A stretch of DNA of 64,000 bases. It comes from Octopus sinensis (taxonomy: Eukaryota). A model generated the notes under the pieces. That model was not told where the DNA came from, searched no databases, and saw only the letters and a program-made list of their open reading frames with translations. The stretch lies in contig NC_042998.1 of NCBI RefSeq assembly GCF_006345805.1, forward strand, positions 41,230,001 to 41,294,000. Reading direction: 5' to 3'. Made by a program: the position numbers and the translations under genes. Below, piece by piece: positions 26,544 to 39,080 of the stretch (position 1 is its first letter; every line of letters starts with the position of its first letter).

Positions 26544-26964
26544 GTAAATACCATTTTTGTAATTATCAGTAGTTTAAACGGATCAATTGACACAATTCCT
26601 ACACAAATTTAATTAAGGTAATTTACACCTTCCTCAGTTTTCTTTTTCAGTATTTCTCCATTTTAAGGTAACATAGTATCAGAAATGGTAGTGTGACAGA
26701 CTAAGAATTTTGCAAAATTACTTCATTTGATACATTGAGTTAAAAACCCTACCAAAGCCAACTTTGCTTTTCATTTTTGTTGTTAATAAAATAAGTGACA
26801 GAATAGTACTGGTGTTAAAGAAATTAACAGGGCCTACATCCAAACTATGTGTCTTTATGCAAAAAATAGAAATCATAAGTTCAGTATGCTAATTAACCCC
26901 TTTTATGTCTAAGCATAAATCATTCAGAATTAAAAGTTTAACACTCTCAAGTGACAAGGGACAG

Positions 26965-27075
26965 AAATGTTAGAGCAACAGATAAAATGTTTCGCACCAT
27001 TTGTTTTGGGTCTTTGTGCTCCGGGTTCAAATCTCAGTGCTATCTTTCAGCCTTTCAGGGGCTATAAAAAGAGTA
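26965..27075 (+). mobile_element. SINE fragment (62812 family)
   Basis: gaaatgttagagc..aaatgtttcgcacc..ccgggttcaaatctc..ctttcagcctttcaggggctataaaaagagtatcag. Confidence 0.55.
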
Positions 27076-27185
27076 TCAGTTTTATTTGTAGAATTTTAGA
27101 GCATCACACAAGATACTTGGGATATTTGTTCTGGCTCTTTATATTCTAAATTCAAACACTACCATAACCCAACTGAGTGGTTGAC

Positions 27186-27390
27186 TTAAGCCTTTAGCAT
27201 GTAAACCGGTTATATCCAGCTCATATATTCTACCTGTTTTGTTTTCAAACTTGGCAGACTCAGCCTCTTACACCTACCCTGAATGCCATTCTAAAAATAT
27301 TCAATCACATCATTAAAATCTCAAAGCTACAAGATAATGCATGATTAATTCAAAACAATGTGAGTAAATAAGCATTACATAAAGCATTCA
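27186..27390. mobile_element. piggyBac-like MITE, 3'-truncated copy
   Basis: ttaa-gcctttagcat... is colinear with 23888-24090. Confidence 0.7.
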
Positions 27391-30300
27391 AATTTTTTTG
27401 GTCCAAAGATACTTTTTGTGGAATTCAAACAGTTGCCTCATCTCTCCAATTTGAACATAACTTTTCTCTCCCCCTTTCATCAGTCACAGAGGGTCATGGA
27501 CACTGCCCTCCCTCCTGACTAAGCAATAAAGAAAACATAAATTATCATAATTTTACTTCTCTGTTCACTTTGACAGTACTAGATTTTCATATTATTTTGT
27601 ATTAAAATTATTTTTTTCATACAGCAGTGTATGGATATTGCTTGGTTGACATTTGATATTTTCATTTATATTTGCTTTGACTTTTTCATGCTACTCATTT
27701 GTTGAATTGCTTCAATATTTTTCCTTATGCCTTGAATCTGCATAATTTCATATTTAAGATCAGTTGCATTTAAATACAGTTATCAATTCTGCCTCTGTAG
27801 GGCATAGGGTTATACATCTATACATGAGTGTAGGTGTGTGTGTGTGCACGTGTATGTGTGAGAGAGAGTGAAAGAGAGAGAGAGTGAAATAGTGTTTGTA
27901 ATGTGTGTGCATAAGTATAAATGCCACTTCCTAAATTTTGTTTTTAAAATAATAATGAGGGTGTTTGAAATTTATGTTAATAAAAAGAGTGATTAATGAG
28001 CGAATCTGAGTAAAGATACTAAATCATAAGTCAAAGCATGAAACTCAACATGTTCTAATTACCTCTGTCTAAGTTGCTATCAAACCCACCGAGTGATATA
28101 AATGTTTGTGTTATTTATAACATACTGTCTTCAGTACTTATATAAGTCTCCTAATTTGTTGTCTTTAACATGGAAGAATAAGTGTAATCTGAGATAAGGA
28201 AATGAGATTCTTACAATGTCTTTTTGATCTTGAAATTTAGCCAGTGAAATATCTGGTCTGACTTCAGAATTAATTACTTAGGCCAGTTACAGTGTTTAGT
28301 TTACTGACAAAATGAAACATCAACGGCAGCAGTTAGGGAGTGGGGATGAAATCAGTTGAAAGATGAAATCAGATACTTCTGGAAATATTCCAAAACGAAC
28401 ATCTTCTCCTTAATCCATTGGTGTCATTTTTACAGATGATAAGTGCACAATTATACTGGTTATCAGGTGCTGAGAAGGTAGTTAATCATTGGTGTCAACT
28501 TACTAAATACACATCAAAACAATTTGTATTCAACAGATGTCTCCAACTATGGTACTATATGAATGAGGTTTTTATTTGACATCTTTATTATTAATTCCAA
28601 AACAATCAAGGAAGTAGACTTTGAAAAATTTTAAGAAATGTCTTGAGCAATTCATCAGAAATATTTTTCTTTTTTATCTTCAAAAATGACAAGTAAAAGG
28701 AAACAGTTTCTCTCCCCACCTCTCATGCACACACCTTTTTATGTGTAGGGACAAAGGTATCCTAATTGCATTGGAATTTTATTTTTTGACACCCAGTTTT
28801 ATAGTGGACATTAAAAAATATAGTGGAATATTGAGGTGTGTCCATGTACACACTAACATATAAATGTATATGCACCTATGTATTGCTTAGATCATGTGAA
28901 TTGTTGTGTACTGTTATGTAAGAAAAAGGATAAATCCATTGTACTTTGGTTTGAAAGATTAAACAGTTGGAAGCTGACAATTAAATGATACTTGGATTAA
29001 ATCCTGGAGGAAATGTAAATTCCTTTTAATATTAATTACTTATATTACATTTTCATCACACAACTGCATTGATAACATTAATTCCACTAAAATAAATATT
29101 TATCTTTCTGTAATCATTAGGATATTTAGTGAATGATCTATTTCTTATTAAAATAACTCTTTTTTTTTTACAAGAATTTTGTTTCTGGAATTTAAAAATT
29201 ATGATTTTTAATCATTGTAGCTTTTAATATAATCAAGAATTATACTTGATTCAAAAAGATTCAATGTACATTTTCATTAATTAGAGCATCATGTATACTT
29301 TTCCACCTAAAACAAAATTTTATTTATAGCTTATTTTGTATGTTTTCTGTATAAAATACTTTTCTGTTAATTTATTCTAGATTATACTTTCAGTTTTGTT
29401 TGAAGCTAGATAGAGCTTACATATTTGCTAAGACCTTTCACACCATCCTGCAGTGATCTCAACGTGTTTTCTGAAAGTACCGGAAATTTTCTTTAGTAGG
29501 GGGGCTCAGTGAACGACTCTTTGATATATCTTACTTTGGGAGGATATCATTTCACAAGCACGTTATAGTTAAATTGTTCAGCTACTCAGAATTATGTCAT
29601 TTCATTCTGAATGTTATGCCAACTGACATAAGGTATAAACAAGTGCAGACATGCTTCAGTAAGATCCCAAGCAAACTATCACAGAACAAATATAGAATGA
29701 AAGGTTTATGAAACAAAATCTCAGAGCTCTGACATGTGCTTAGATTATTAACTTTAAGTAACGTAAAAGCCAAACTTATTTGCTTTTGGGTACCAAGAGA
29801 AACTACGTCAATGAAACCAGCATCTGATTTTAATCTAGTAGAGTAGTATATATATCTTTAATATGTTTCTTGAGTGTTTTTTCTTGCTGGACTGTTTATT
29901 TTGGGAGACTTGTAATGATATAGTATTGTAATGAATGATGGTGTAATTTGTTTTGTAGGCAACTAATTATGATTAAGCTATTAAGAATATTTGGAGCTTT
30001 TTTTTTTATTTGTTTTTGTCTGACATAAATTGGGAGACAGTATGATATTGCAATATGTATTACGAAGAATTTCTTTTTAATAGAGAAATGGTTCATTGTA
30101 TAACATAAACATTAGCTTAACAAAAATTCATAACTTTTATTCTTTTTTTATATCCTTTTTGTTCACATTACTACATTTTTCAAGATAATATCTTATGAAA
30201 GCTTTCATTTCCAATATTCTATACAATTAACTTGGATGAGAAGCACTTTACGTTTGTGTTGGGATACAGAACCACATACACTATATATATTAGACAACTG

Positions 30301-30399
30301 TAAAAGAAATTCTTACTTAAAATTAAGCATCTTTCTATCTGAAGAAGATCAGTGACAAGGTTTCTTCCTTTGACATCTCTTGAGTACTGTGGAAACTAA

Positions 30400-31300
30400 A
30401 TGTAGGTAAATAATTTGTGAAGGTCTTCCAAGTCATTACAGGGATGTTATAAACAAGGTTTGGCGTGGTATAGAATGTAGAATTTTATATACACTTGGTT
30501 GTTTATGAAGATTCTGTCTTCACCACCACCAGCAGCTGCCTTTCTGTTCATTGCAGTTTTCTTATAGCTATATCACAAGAATTTAGAAATTTTTGTAAGC
30601 TGATGATCTGATTCTGTTAGCAGAATCTGTTGGAAAGTAGCAGAAACAACCTGGAACAGTGGTCTGAAGTTCAAAGTTCATCATGGCAAAGACCAGAAAG
30701 CTTAGTTAATAAAAGGAAGCTTGTATTTCCACTGCCACCTTAGAAGTGGCCTTGCTTATTTCTGGTTTTGATTGAAGCTTCAAGAATACAGCCAGATACA
30801 GAAATTTATCAAATGTATGATTCTTGACATATCAGTCTTGGCTAGGTGTGAAGCTCAATAGTATCCTTCATACTGTAGTAGAAGCCAAGCTCTGAGTTAC
30901 GATAAGCTATAGCTTATGTGCGTTTTATAGAGTACTGTTGTTGCAGCAGTTTATCATTTGCATTATAGTCTTTTGATGGTGAGTTTTGTCAGTTTCTGCC
31001 CTAGCAACTGTAGTAATCCAGAGAGCTTTCCTTTTGACTTGAGTTGGCTGTGAAGCATTTGTCCAGGATAGACAAATGTACTCAATGATGTTTAATTAAG
31101 GCTTGCATCAAATATCCATAATACTAGTGTGGATTTGTGATGTAAATGAATTATGAATGTATGTAAAAAGTGCTTGGAAGAGGAATAACAGGGAAAGTGT
31201 TGAAAGAGGTCTTGTCAGATCTAAAGCTGAAGGAGCTTGTGTAAAAGGTAGCAAAAGACTGGGATGCTTGGTAATAAGTATAGCAGACACAGTTGATCCA
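30400..31300 (+). mobile_element. RTE-clade LINE RT relic
   Basis: YRDVINKV.., LFIAV.., ISQEFR and L*ADDLILLAES (GCTGATGAT at 30599; ancestral LYADDL). Heavily disrupted. Confidence 0.75.
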
Positions 31301-31899
31301 TGTCAGTGAGGAAAAACTGACATTAAGTAAATAAAGAAATATTCTGTATTTATAACAGCAGTGAATGAGCACCATATTCTTTTACTAAAGTCAGCACTTT
31401 AAGAAATTCTGTTCTATCACTCTTTACCTCACATAATGCAAATATAGCAGATCAGCAGTCCAGATTTTACCTTAAGCAATCTTAGAAATATCTCATTCTT
31501 CTTAAGAATTTACTACAAGTTTATTGGCAAGATTTCCCTTCGATGTCTTTATTTATTTTTGTTTTTCTTATTGTGCTTGAAACTAGTTTTAGCTTAACAT
31601 ATAATGTTTGATTATTATTATGAATATTGTTGTCATTCAAAGGTCTCTGCAACTTTTTTCTTATACTATTTAATGCATTTTAAGATATGCTTAATTCAGA
31701 TGTTTATCTTTAAACCCAGAAAATATAATTAAAATAGAAATTATATATTAAGATACTAAATTTTTAACTATTGAAGCTTAGCTGTCCCTAATATACAGAA
31801 GTTGATTATTATCATCTTTGTGATTGATAATTTTAAGTGTTCCTTACTCAAAATAACTTTCTTGTACACATGCTTGTCAAGAAAGAAAAATATGAGTTA

Positions 31900-33130
31900 G
31901 GCAAGAGCAAGCAAGCTTAACTATGTGGAACAAACAGGTGTTAACTCTGGAAATTCATGTTGAGATGATGAGTAATGTAACTGAGGAAAGAAAGCTGTAA
32001 ATACTTCAAGCGTAGCTTACAAAGTAAAAACCTTGTGTTGGGATAGTGATATATTAGTCACTTTTTTAACTTCGAAAATTGTATAGAGAAGTATCATTCC
32101 TAATGACTAGAATAGTAATATTATAACAAAGGAGGATGCATAAATAAAAGGAAATTACAAAGACTTGGTTTAAAGGACTACATGATGAAGTTGGTGTAAA
32201 TAATTATGGCAAATAGAGTATAGGATTGGTTGGTGTTTAAGTTTGCATCAGGACATGAAACAAGAATGTTGTGTATGTCTGATGACCCCTAGAAATATAT
32301 TTGGCAAGAACTTGCATTTGCTAGCTTGATAAATGCATTTAACAGGTTACAATTTGTAGTCCAGTAAGCCATGAGAATGCTATATAAAAAATATAACCAA
32401 CAAAACATTGTTTGATATATGAAAATGCTAACATTAGCAGAATTATCAGTGGTCATAAGGAGAAAAATTTGTTCACTTGAATGTATTTATAAACCTCTGC
32501 TCTTAGATCAGATTTTATTTTGAATCATTGAGTTAGTCATGAAGATGTTGAAGGCTGGATCATCATGGAGTATAAATCTATGATGTTCACCTATTCCTCA
32601 CTGCATTATCCATCAAGATTAAAAACTCGCAGGTATCAGTAAAGTTTGCAAAAGTTTAAAAACTTGAGAGAACTGATCTTGTGCAGAATTCAGGTAGTCC
32701 AAGAGTGCTTAGCATGTACAAATTATAGGTGTACAACATTGCAGATCACTTTTAAACCAGTCAGAGATTCGACACTTCAAATGCACTAGTTTCACTTGAG
32801 TGAACAATAGTTAAGTTTTGCTATTTTGGTGTTATATTTAGCAGTGGATACATATCTAATTTTATAGGCATATAATATAAAAATCAATGGGAAAATAGGT
32901 TTCACATTACGGAATTCACTGTTTCAGCAAGATTTTCAGTAATGAAATGCTCTCATAACACTGGGGTGCCTGTAGTATATATATAGTGGCTGGTGTTTGA
33001 AGTTGGAGTCAAAATTTACTTTTGTTGGAATCATGCCATGTGAAGGACTGTGTGAAACTTGTGTAATAGGTGTGATGCTGTATGTTAGTGAAAAATTAGA
33101 AGAAAACACAAGATCTCAAGAGATTGAAGT
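31900..33130 (+). mobile_element. Second RTE-clade LINE RT relic
   Basis: IIPND*NSNII, GNYK.L, LDKAFNR...AMRML, KAGSSW.. and a VMLY.SE-like end. Confidence 0.6.
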
Positions 33131-33977
33131 TGAGTATAAACTGACAAAATAGAGCACATGGTTGTGGAATACAACTGGGAATCAACAACATTGGTAAAAG
33201 CTGTTATAACATTCTAAATCAACTCTGATCAAGCAGACTTAAAATCAAATGTATTCCAGCCTTGACGAGTCCATTTTTTTTTTTTTTCAAAGACAAATAT
33301 ATGTAAGACCTCATTATCCAGCACATTCGTTTTCTATATTATTAGCATGTGATATGAAGATTTTATAGCTATTTCTATCAAATCAAGCAACAGGATAGAG
33401 ACACATTGGCTCATAATCATATGTGTATGCAGGAGAGCCAACTAATTTGCTATGGAAATGTGATAGTGGGTGATAACAAATTTGTGAATTGGTAGAGGGA
33501 GGTGTCCTCAATGGGTATCTTCCAATTAAACTTGTGAACTTGAACTTAATCAAGGAAATAATGAATTAGAGTGAGACACAAGTCCATCTAACCCATGCAA
33601 TGTCTTAGTTAATATTTTCTAACACATTAACATTAAGTGCAATAATTGTTATGTTCATAACTCTTTGATTTATTCAATAACTGGGAAAAGTTCTACTATT
33701 TTCTTTGTGTGTATTATAGCTATACATGCACAAAAACAAAAAGAAAAGAGGGTTGTCACTTGTTAGTATTCAATGCTTTTTTTTCATGTTGCTCCAATAG
33801 AATGCAGGTGCATCTCTCTCTCCATCTTGGATGTTCCCATTGTAAGGATTGGGAAGGCTAAACAGTTGACCATGTCTACTTGCAGCTTTATAAGCACCTA
33901 AAACAATTGGCTAAAGCATGGTACATACTGCTATGTTATATTTGCCAGTGATTTGGTTTATATATATGTGTGTGTGC

Positions 33978-33984
<7 letters not shown>

Positions 33985-34019
<35 letters not shown>
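33985..34019. repeat. (TA)n microsatellite
   Basis: Directly visible. Confidence 0.95.
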
Positions 34020-34023
<4 letters not shown>

Positions 34024-34210
34024 ATTCGCTAGCTTCTGCACACATTTTTTTCTCTCCTTGTTTCTTTTCTGTGTATCTTTCTGTTGAAGAGTGTAGGCTC
34101 GAAACGTAAAAGACTTGTTTTATTTATATTCCTGAGCGCCATACTAATACAATTGTTTGTTTGTATTCCACCTACCTTCGTCTTTTGTTTATTTTCATAA
34201 AGCTTCCCGT
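34020..34210 (+). mobile_element. Penelope-like terminal/retrozyme-like unit between (TA)n tracts
   Basis: It contains ctgttgaagagtgtaggctcgaaacgt, matching the 'ctgaNgaa...cgaaacgt' signature of Penelope-like element termini. No ORF. Confidence 0.6.
34076..34113 (+). ncRNA. Minimal type-I hammerhead ribozyme-like motif with a variant core
   Basis: Stem I TCTTT(34076-80)/AAAGA(34109-13); core CTGTTGA(34081-87); stem II GAGT/GCTC with a GTAG loop; GAAA(34101-04); palindromic stem III ACGT; predicted GUA cleavage after 34108. Confidence 0.6.
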
Positions 34211-34246
<36 letters not shown>

Positions 34247-34285
34247 AACACAAACACACGTGTATGTATACATATATATACACAT

Positions 34286-34441
34286 ACACTCACGGAGTGG
34301 TTGGCGTTAGGAAGGGCATCCAGCCGTAGAAACACTGCCAGATCTGACTGGGCCTGACGAAGCCTTCCAGCTTCACAGACCCCAGTTGAACCGTCCAACC
34401 CATGCTAGCATGGAAAGCGGACGCTAAATGATGATGATGAT
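34286..34441 (+). mobile_element. Young RTE-tail SINE 3' fragment
   Basis: cacggagtggttggcgttaggaagggcatccagccgtagaaac...gcggacgctaaatgatgatgatgat. Confidence 0.9.
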
Positions 34442-35479
34442 ACACATATATACTGAATTCAAATGGAAATAATTTAGAAATTTGAGGCTTCAGTTTTAGT
34501 GTGTAATGATTTCATTTTAATCTCTAAATGAATCAGACATGAATATATAATTTCTTAATCATCTTTTCTTGAAATGTAAGGTTTAGGGGAAAGCATATGT
34601 AATTTTATCTGACATAGTAAAGTAGCAAATTTTTAAATACTAACATCTTTCTTGCAAGTATTGAGTGATTTGGAGTTGTATATATAAAAAAAAAAAAATT
34701 CCAGATTTTGATATAGCAGTTTGCACTGTAATACATTGATTTCTTCTTTCATATATATATTTACTACTGATTTATTGGAAAGAAAATTTAGCTTGGAAGT
34801 TAATATTTTAATATTGTTCAATTTATAACTGAAATTACAGCTATAATATTTTAAATAAGTGAAAATCTTGACAAAATATACATATTTTTGAAAGTTTCTG
34901 AACTATACTTTAGCTTTATGAATTGCAACTAGATAAAAAAAAAGAACACACATAAAAAGAAACTTAACTATCCATTATTAATTTAAACTTATCAAATCAT
35001 TGAAAAATTCATATTTTTATTAAAGAAATTTAATTTCTCATTAAAAATGCCAAGGAACATTAATTTTGTTTTGTTAACTGAAGGGATAAGATATATAGTA
35101 TCATCCTTGTTTTAATTATGAGATAAATTTGTGTAGAATATTTTTCAAGCTGTTTTCCAATGTACATGCCATTTTTGTTGTAGATTGTTAAGAGCCTTCC
35201 TCCATTATTATTTGTCAGTTGAACTGACCTGTTCAGTTCTCATTCATTTTCAGGGCTCATATCACTCTTCAGCAGCTTGATTTCATATTTGAAGATATCC
35301 CCTAGAATATCTTAGCAGTGTTCAAAGAACACATCTTTTTTTTTTTTTTCAGGTTCTCAGCATTTTCAGCTGGTGCATAGACAACCACCACTATACATAG
35401 TCTTTTGCAATATGCTTTGATAGCAATTTTGTGATGTCTGCTTCATAGCAAAGGCTCAGACAAGAGTTGTGAATGTTGT

Positions 35480-36480
35480 GAACAAATATGGAATAAACAG
35501 TGTCTGGAGTTCCAGTGACCATTGTCAAATTTCGTTTTCTTCAAAAAGGATTTGATAGTATTCATTTTGGATGTCTTTGTGGAACACCACAAAAGCTACT
35601 GGTTCCTAAAGCACTAACATTTCCATTTGTAGAAGCATTAGGAAGATGATAAATAGAAATGCTAGATACTTTGCCACCTTTATCATGGATGCATTTTGTT
35701 ACCAATATTCCTAATTATGGATTTAAATTTGAAAGAGGTAATTGATAGAAGTTAATGTAACATCCAGTTTAAAGATCAGAGGTGGTTGACCAACCTGGGA
35801 TTTATTGATAATGCTGCATTGTTTGCAAAATACATAACTGGTCTGCAAAGGTTGACTTATCACCTAATTGAAGCAATAAAGAAAACTAGACTGAGAATGA
35901 ATGCAAAGAAGCTAAATGCTATGGAGTAGGCTGAGGAATGAGAGACTGCATCTTGATTGTTGAAAACTTGACTCAGAGATGTGAGCTAACATGCATATTT
36001 TGGCAGTGTTTTGTAAAATGACAAATGTTGAAACCAATGTCAAATACAAAATCAGAAAGGCAAGTAGCAGTATTTCAGTAAATGTCCAAAATGTCCAAGA
36101 ACATGCTGGATAATGTCATTAAAATCCACTTATCACATAACCAATAGCACCCCTTTGCAGGTGAAACATGGACAAAAATGATCAAAACATAAAATGTGTT
36201 TTACCAAAAGTACTTGAGGAAAATCTTGAGAATTTCATACTTTTGATCATATCAGAAATGAAAAACCTTAAAAAGTTGTGAAAAGCTCAAGGTACACTAA
36301 CTGAATGAAGAATGCAATTGGTTGGTCACATTCTGAAAGAGCCAGATCATGGATTCACAAAACTGCATAGATATGGTCAGCAACAAGAGGAAGAAGATGA
36401 GGACAATCATGGGCCATAGGTCACTCAACCTTTCAAGAGGTCCTAGAAGCTGAGAAAACAGAGCACACAACCAATACAAT
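35480..36480 (+). mobile_element. RTE (BovB-like) LINE RT relic
   Basis: FLQKGFDSIH (cf. F.KAFDSIH), QFKDQRWLTNLGFIDNAALFA (cf. L.DLDFADD.ALLA), GL.MNAKK-like, KIRKASS and GETW-like segments. Confidence 0.7.
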
Positions 36481-37479
36481 GCTTGCTTATAGAACAAAAT
36501 AAGTATTCATATCACAATATTAAATGTGTGTGTGTATGTGTGCTATACACATACACGCGTAGCTAGACAGAAAGATAGTTAATCAATATAACTGCGAGCT
36601 CAAAATATATTTTGTTTCACCTGAGGGCTTTGTCAGGGACACAAACAAAATCATTTTTCTGGTATGTTTTGAATTTTGAAGTTATTTCCATTCAGGCTAT
36701 ACTTACAATATAGGTTAGTGTTCCATACCACATTGTGCTTAACTAATCACCAAATCTTATGATTTGTTAAAAAATATTATCTCATTATTGCTAGCAGTGA
36801 AAATGGAATTCACAACAAAACTTTCCTAGCAGTTGTTATACTATTCACTTGCTTTCTTTACTTACCTCCTTTTTTTTCTTTTTTTCTTTTATTTTTTTAA
36901 ACTACCTCTCATTCCCGTTGAAAGGTGTTTAGAACACCTTTTTCTCAAATCATTGAACTAGTGCCAGAATAAATTCTACTTGCATGGCAATAACATCAAT
37001 ATATATCTTCATCATTTAATGACCACTTTCAATGCTGGCACTGTTTGTTATATCATCACAGTCTGTAATAATTCTTATTCAGACTTGCTACCCTTTTAGA
37101 TGAGTTGGAGAATCACATCTCACTTATACATTTCAGTTTTGGCTTGATTTCTCTTAGTTTCTAAATTTATATATATATATATATAATAACATGTACATAC
37201 ACATATATATATAAATTTAATAATGCACACATAAGCCAAACTTCCTCTAATGCATCATTAATGTACTTGCTCATTTCTATGCAGATGATACCAACACCTT
37301 CTTTACCTGCTGCACCCAAGTGTCATCAATATACTAAACACTTCATTCAAAATCTGCAAACTTCAGATGCATTCGCACCAATCTTGGCTTTTTACACTAT
37401 TCTTGTCAAGTTCAGCATCACAAAAAATACGATCACTACTCATGTCATGAAAACATTATCAAACCCACCACTCTAAATA

Positions 37480-37990
37480 CCACACAATTAGAATACTCAA
37501 AATTACTAAATGTTAGGTTTCTTCATCACAGGGGATCTCTTGGCAAATCCACCACCCCGACATATGCAAAACTGCATTACAATGACTGAGTTTTCTTCTT
37601 CAGAGCCAAAAATGGTTCATCTCCAATAACTACTAACTCTCTATAAAGATCACTCAAGAATCATAATGGGGTAGTACTCCTACCTCTTGAATTTTGCGGC
37701 TGCTACTCATGCAAATATTGTAAACTGCTTCCAAAGAAAATCCACTTATTGTCATGAAGTTGCTGAGCAAAACAGGAATTCTAATCCATAGACACGTTGC
37801 CTCTTTTCTCTGCCTTTTATACCACTACTGCGGTAGCCTCTTCTCTCTGAAGTCATCTTATCACAGATCACCTCCACTCAATTCTGTCTCATTCATCCCT
37901 CTTCCTCTTAATATTTTTAAAGCAATTAAAACTCAGTGCATGATTCTAAATATATATTTTCTGCAATTGTTACTTGCTGAAAGTGGGTTG
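37480..37990 (+). mobile_element. CR1/L2-like LINE RT C-terminal relic
   Basis: LLTLYKD.. at 37630 and HRHVASFLCLLYHYCG at 37787 (cf. HRR.VASL.LFYRYY.G). Confidence 0.65.
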
Positions 37991-38210
37991 TGCATTCTAT
38001 TCATTGTTAAATGGTAAGCATAAAAATACCTAAAGTTTTGTTTCAGGTGAATGTAAAGAATTTCAAAAAGCCACTGCACTTATATCAAAATATTATTTCT
38101 TCCCAAGTCGACATTCCTACATACTTAGTATGTACTCTCATAGCCTGCTTGTACTTAGCATCAGTTGTTCACATTACATATCTATACTATAATAATTGAC
38201 TGTTTGCATA

Positions 38211-38371
38211 GGCGTAGGAGTTGCTGTGTGGTAAGTAGCTTGCTTACCAACCACATTGTTCCGGGTTCAGTCCCAGTGCATGGCATCTTGGGCAAGTGTC
38301 TTCTACTGTAGCCTAAGGCCGACCAAAGCCTTGTGAGTGGATTTGGTAGATGGAAACTGAAAGAAGCCCGT

Positions 38372-38456
<85 letters not shown>

Positions 38457-38684
38457 ATGTATGTGTGTGTGTGTATATGTGTGTGTGTCTGTTTGCCTCC
38501 CCAGCGTTGCTTGACAACCGATGCTGGTGTGTTTACATCCCCGTAACTTAGTGGTTCAGCAAAAAAAAAACTAATAGAATAAGTACTAGGCTTACAAAGA
38601 ATAAATCCTGGGGTCGATTTGCTCGAGTAAAGGTGGTGCTCCAGCATGGCAGCAGTCAAATGACTGAAACAAATAAAAGAGTAT
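38211..38684 (+). mobile_element. Near full-length tRNA-derived SINE with a central (GT)(TA)(GT) microsatellite
   Basis: It has an A-box-like tgtgtggtaag, a B-box-like gggttcagtccc, a ttgggcaagtgtcttctact core and a 3' ggtggtgctccagcatggc..aatgactgaaacaaataaaagag tail. Confidence 0.9.
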
Positions 38685-38871
38685 CTTTCAATATTTTACT
38701 CACCTAGTTTTTTTTTGTCATTATCACCTCCTTTCTTGCAAACTAATGTTGTATATCCATTAGATTATCTTCACAGGTTTTCTGCAACTTCTGTGTATAT
38801 TTTATTGCTATAAACTATCCCATTTTCTCATTTCTAATTCACATCTTATATAGTTTACATCATCTTCATCA

Positions 38872-39080
38872 TCTTTGTATGTCTGTCTTCCATGCTTGTT
38901 TGATAGTTTGACAGGATCCAATGGGTTGAAGACTGCATCATGTTCCATTGTTTATTTTGTTATAGTTTCTACAGCTGGATGGTCTTCGTTGTACCAACCA
39001 CCTTACATAATATACTGGGTGTTTTTTGTGATTGTACCAGCTTTAGTAAGGTCACCATGTAGCTCAAAAGACTAAGATCT
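38872..39080 (-). mobile_element. Old RTE-tail SINE copy
   Basis: catcatcttcatcatctttgtatgtctgtcttccatgcttg...ttctacagctggatggtcttc. Confidence 0.6.
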
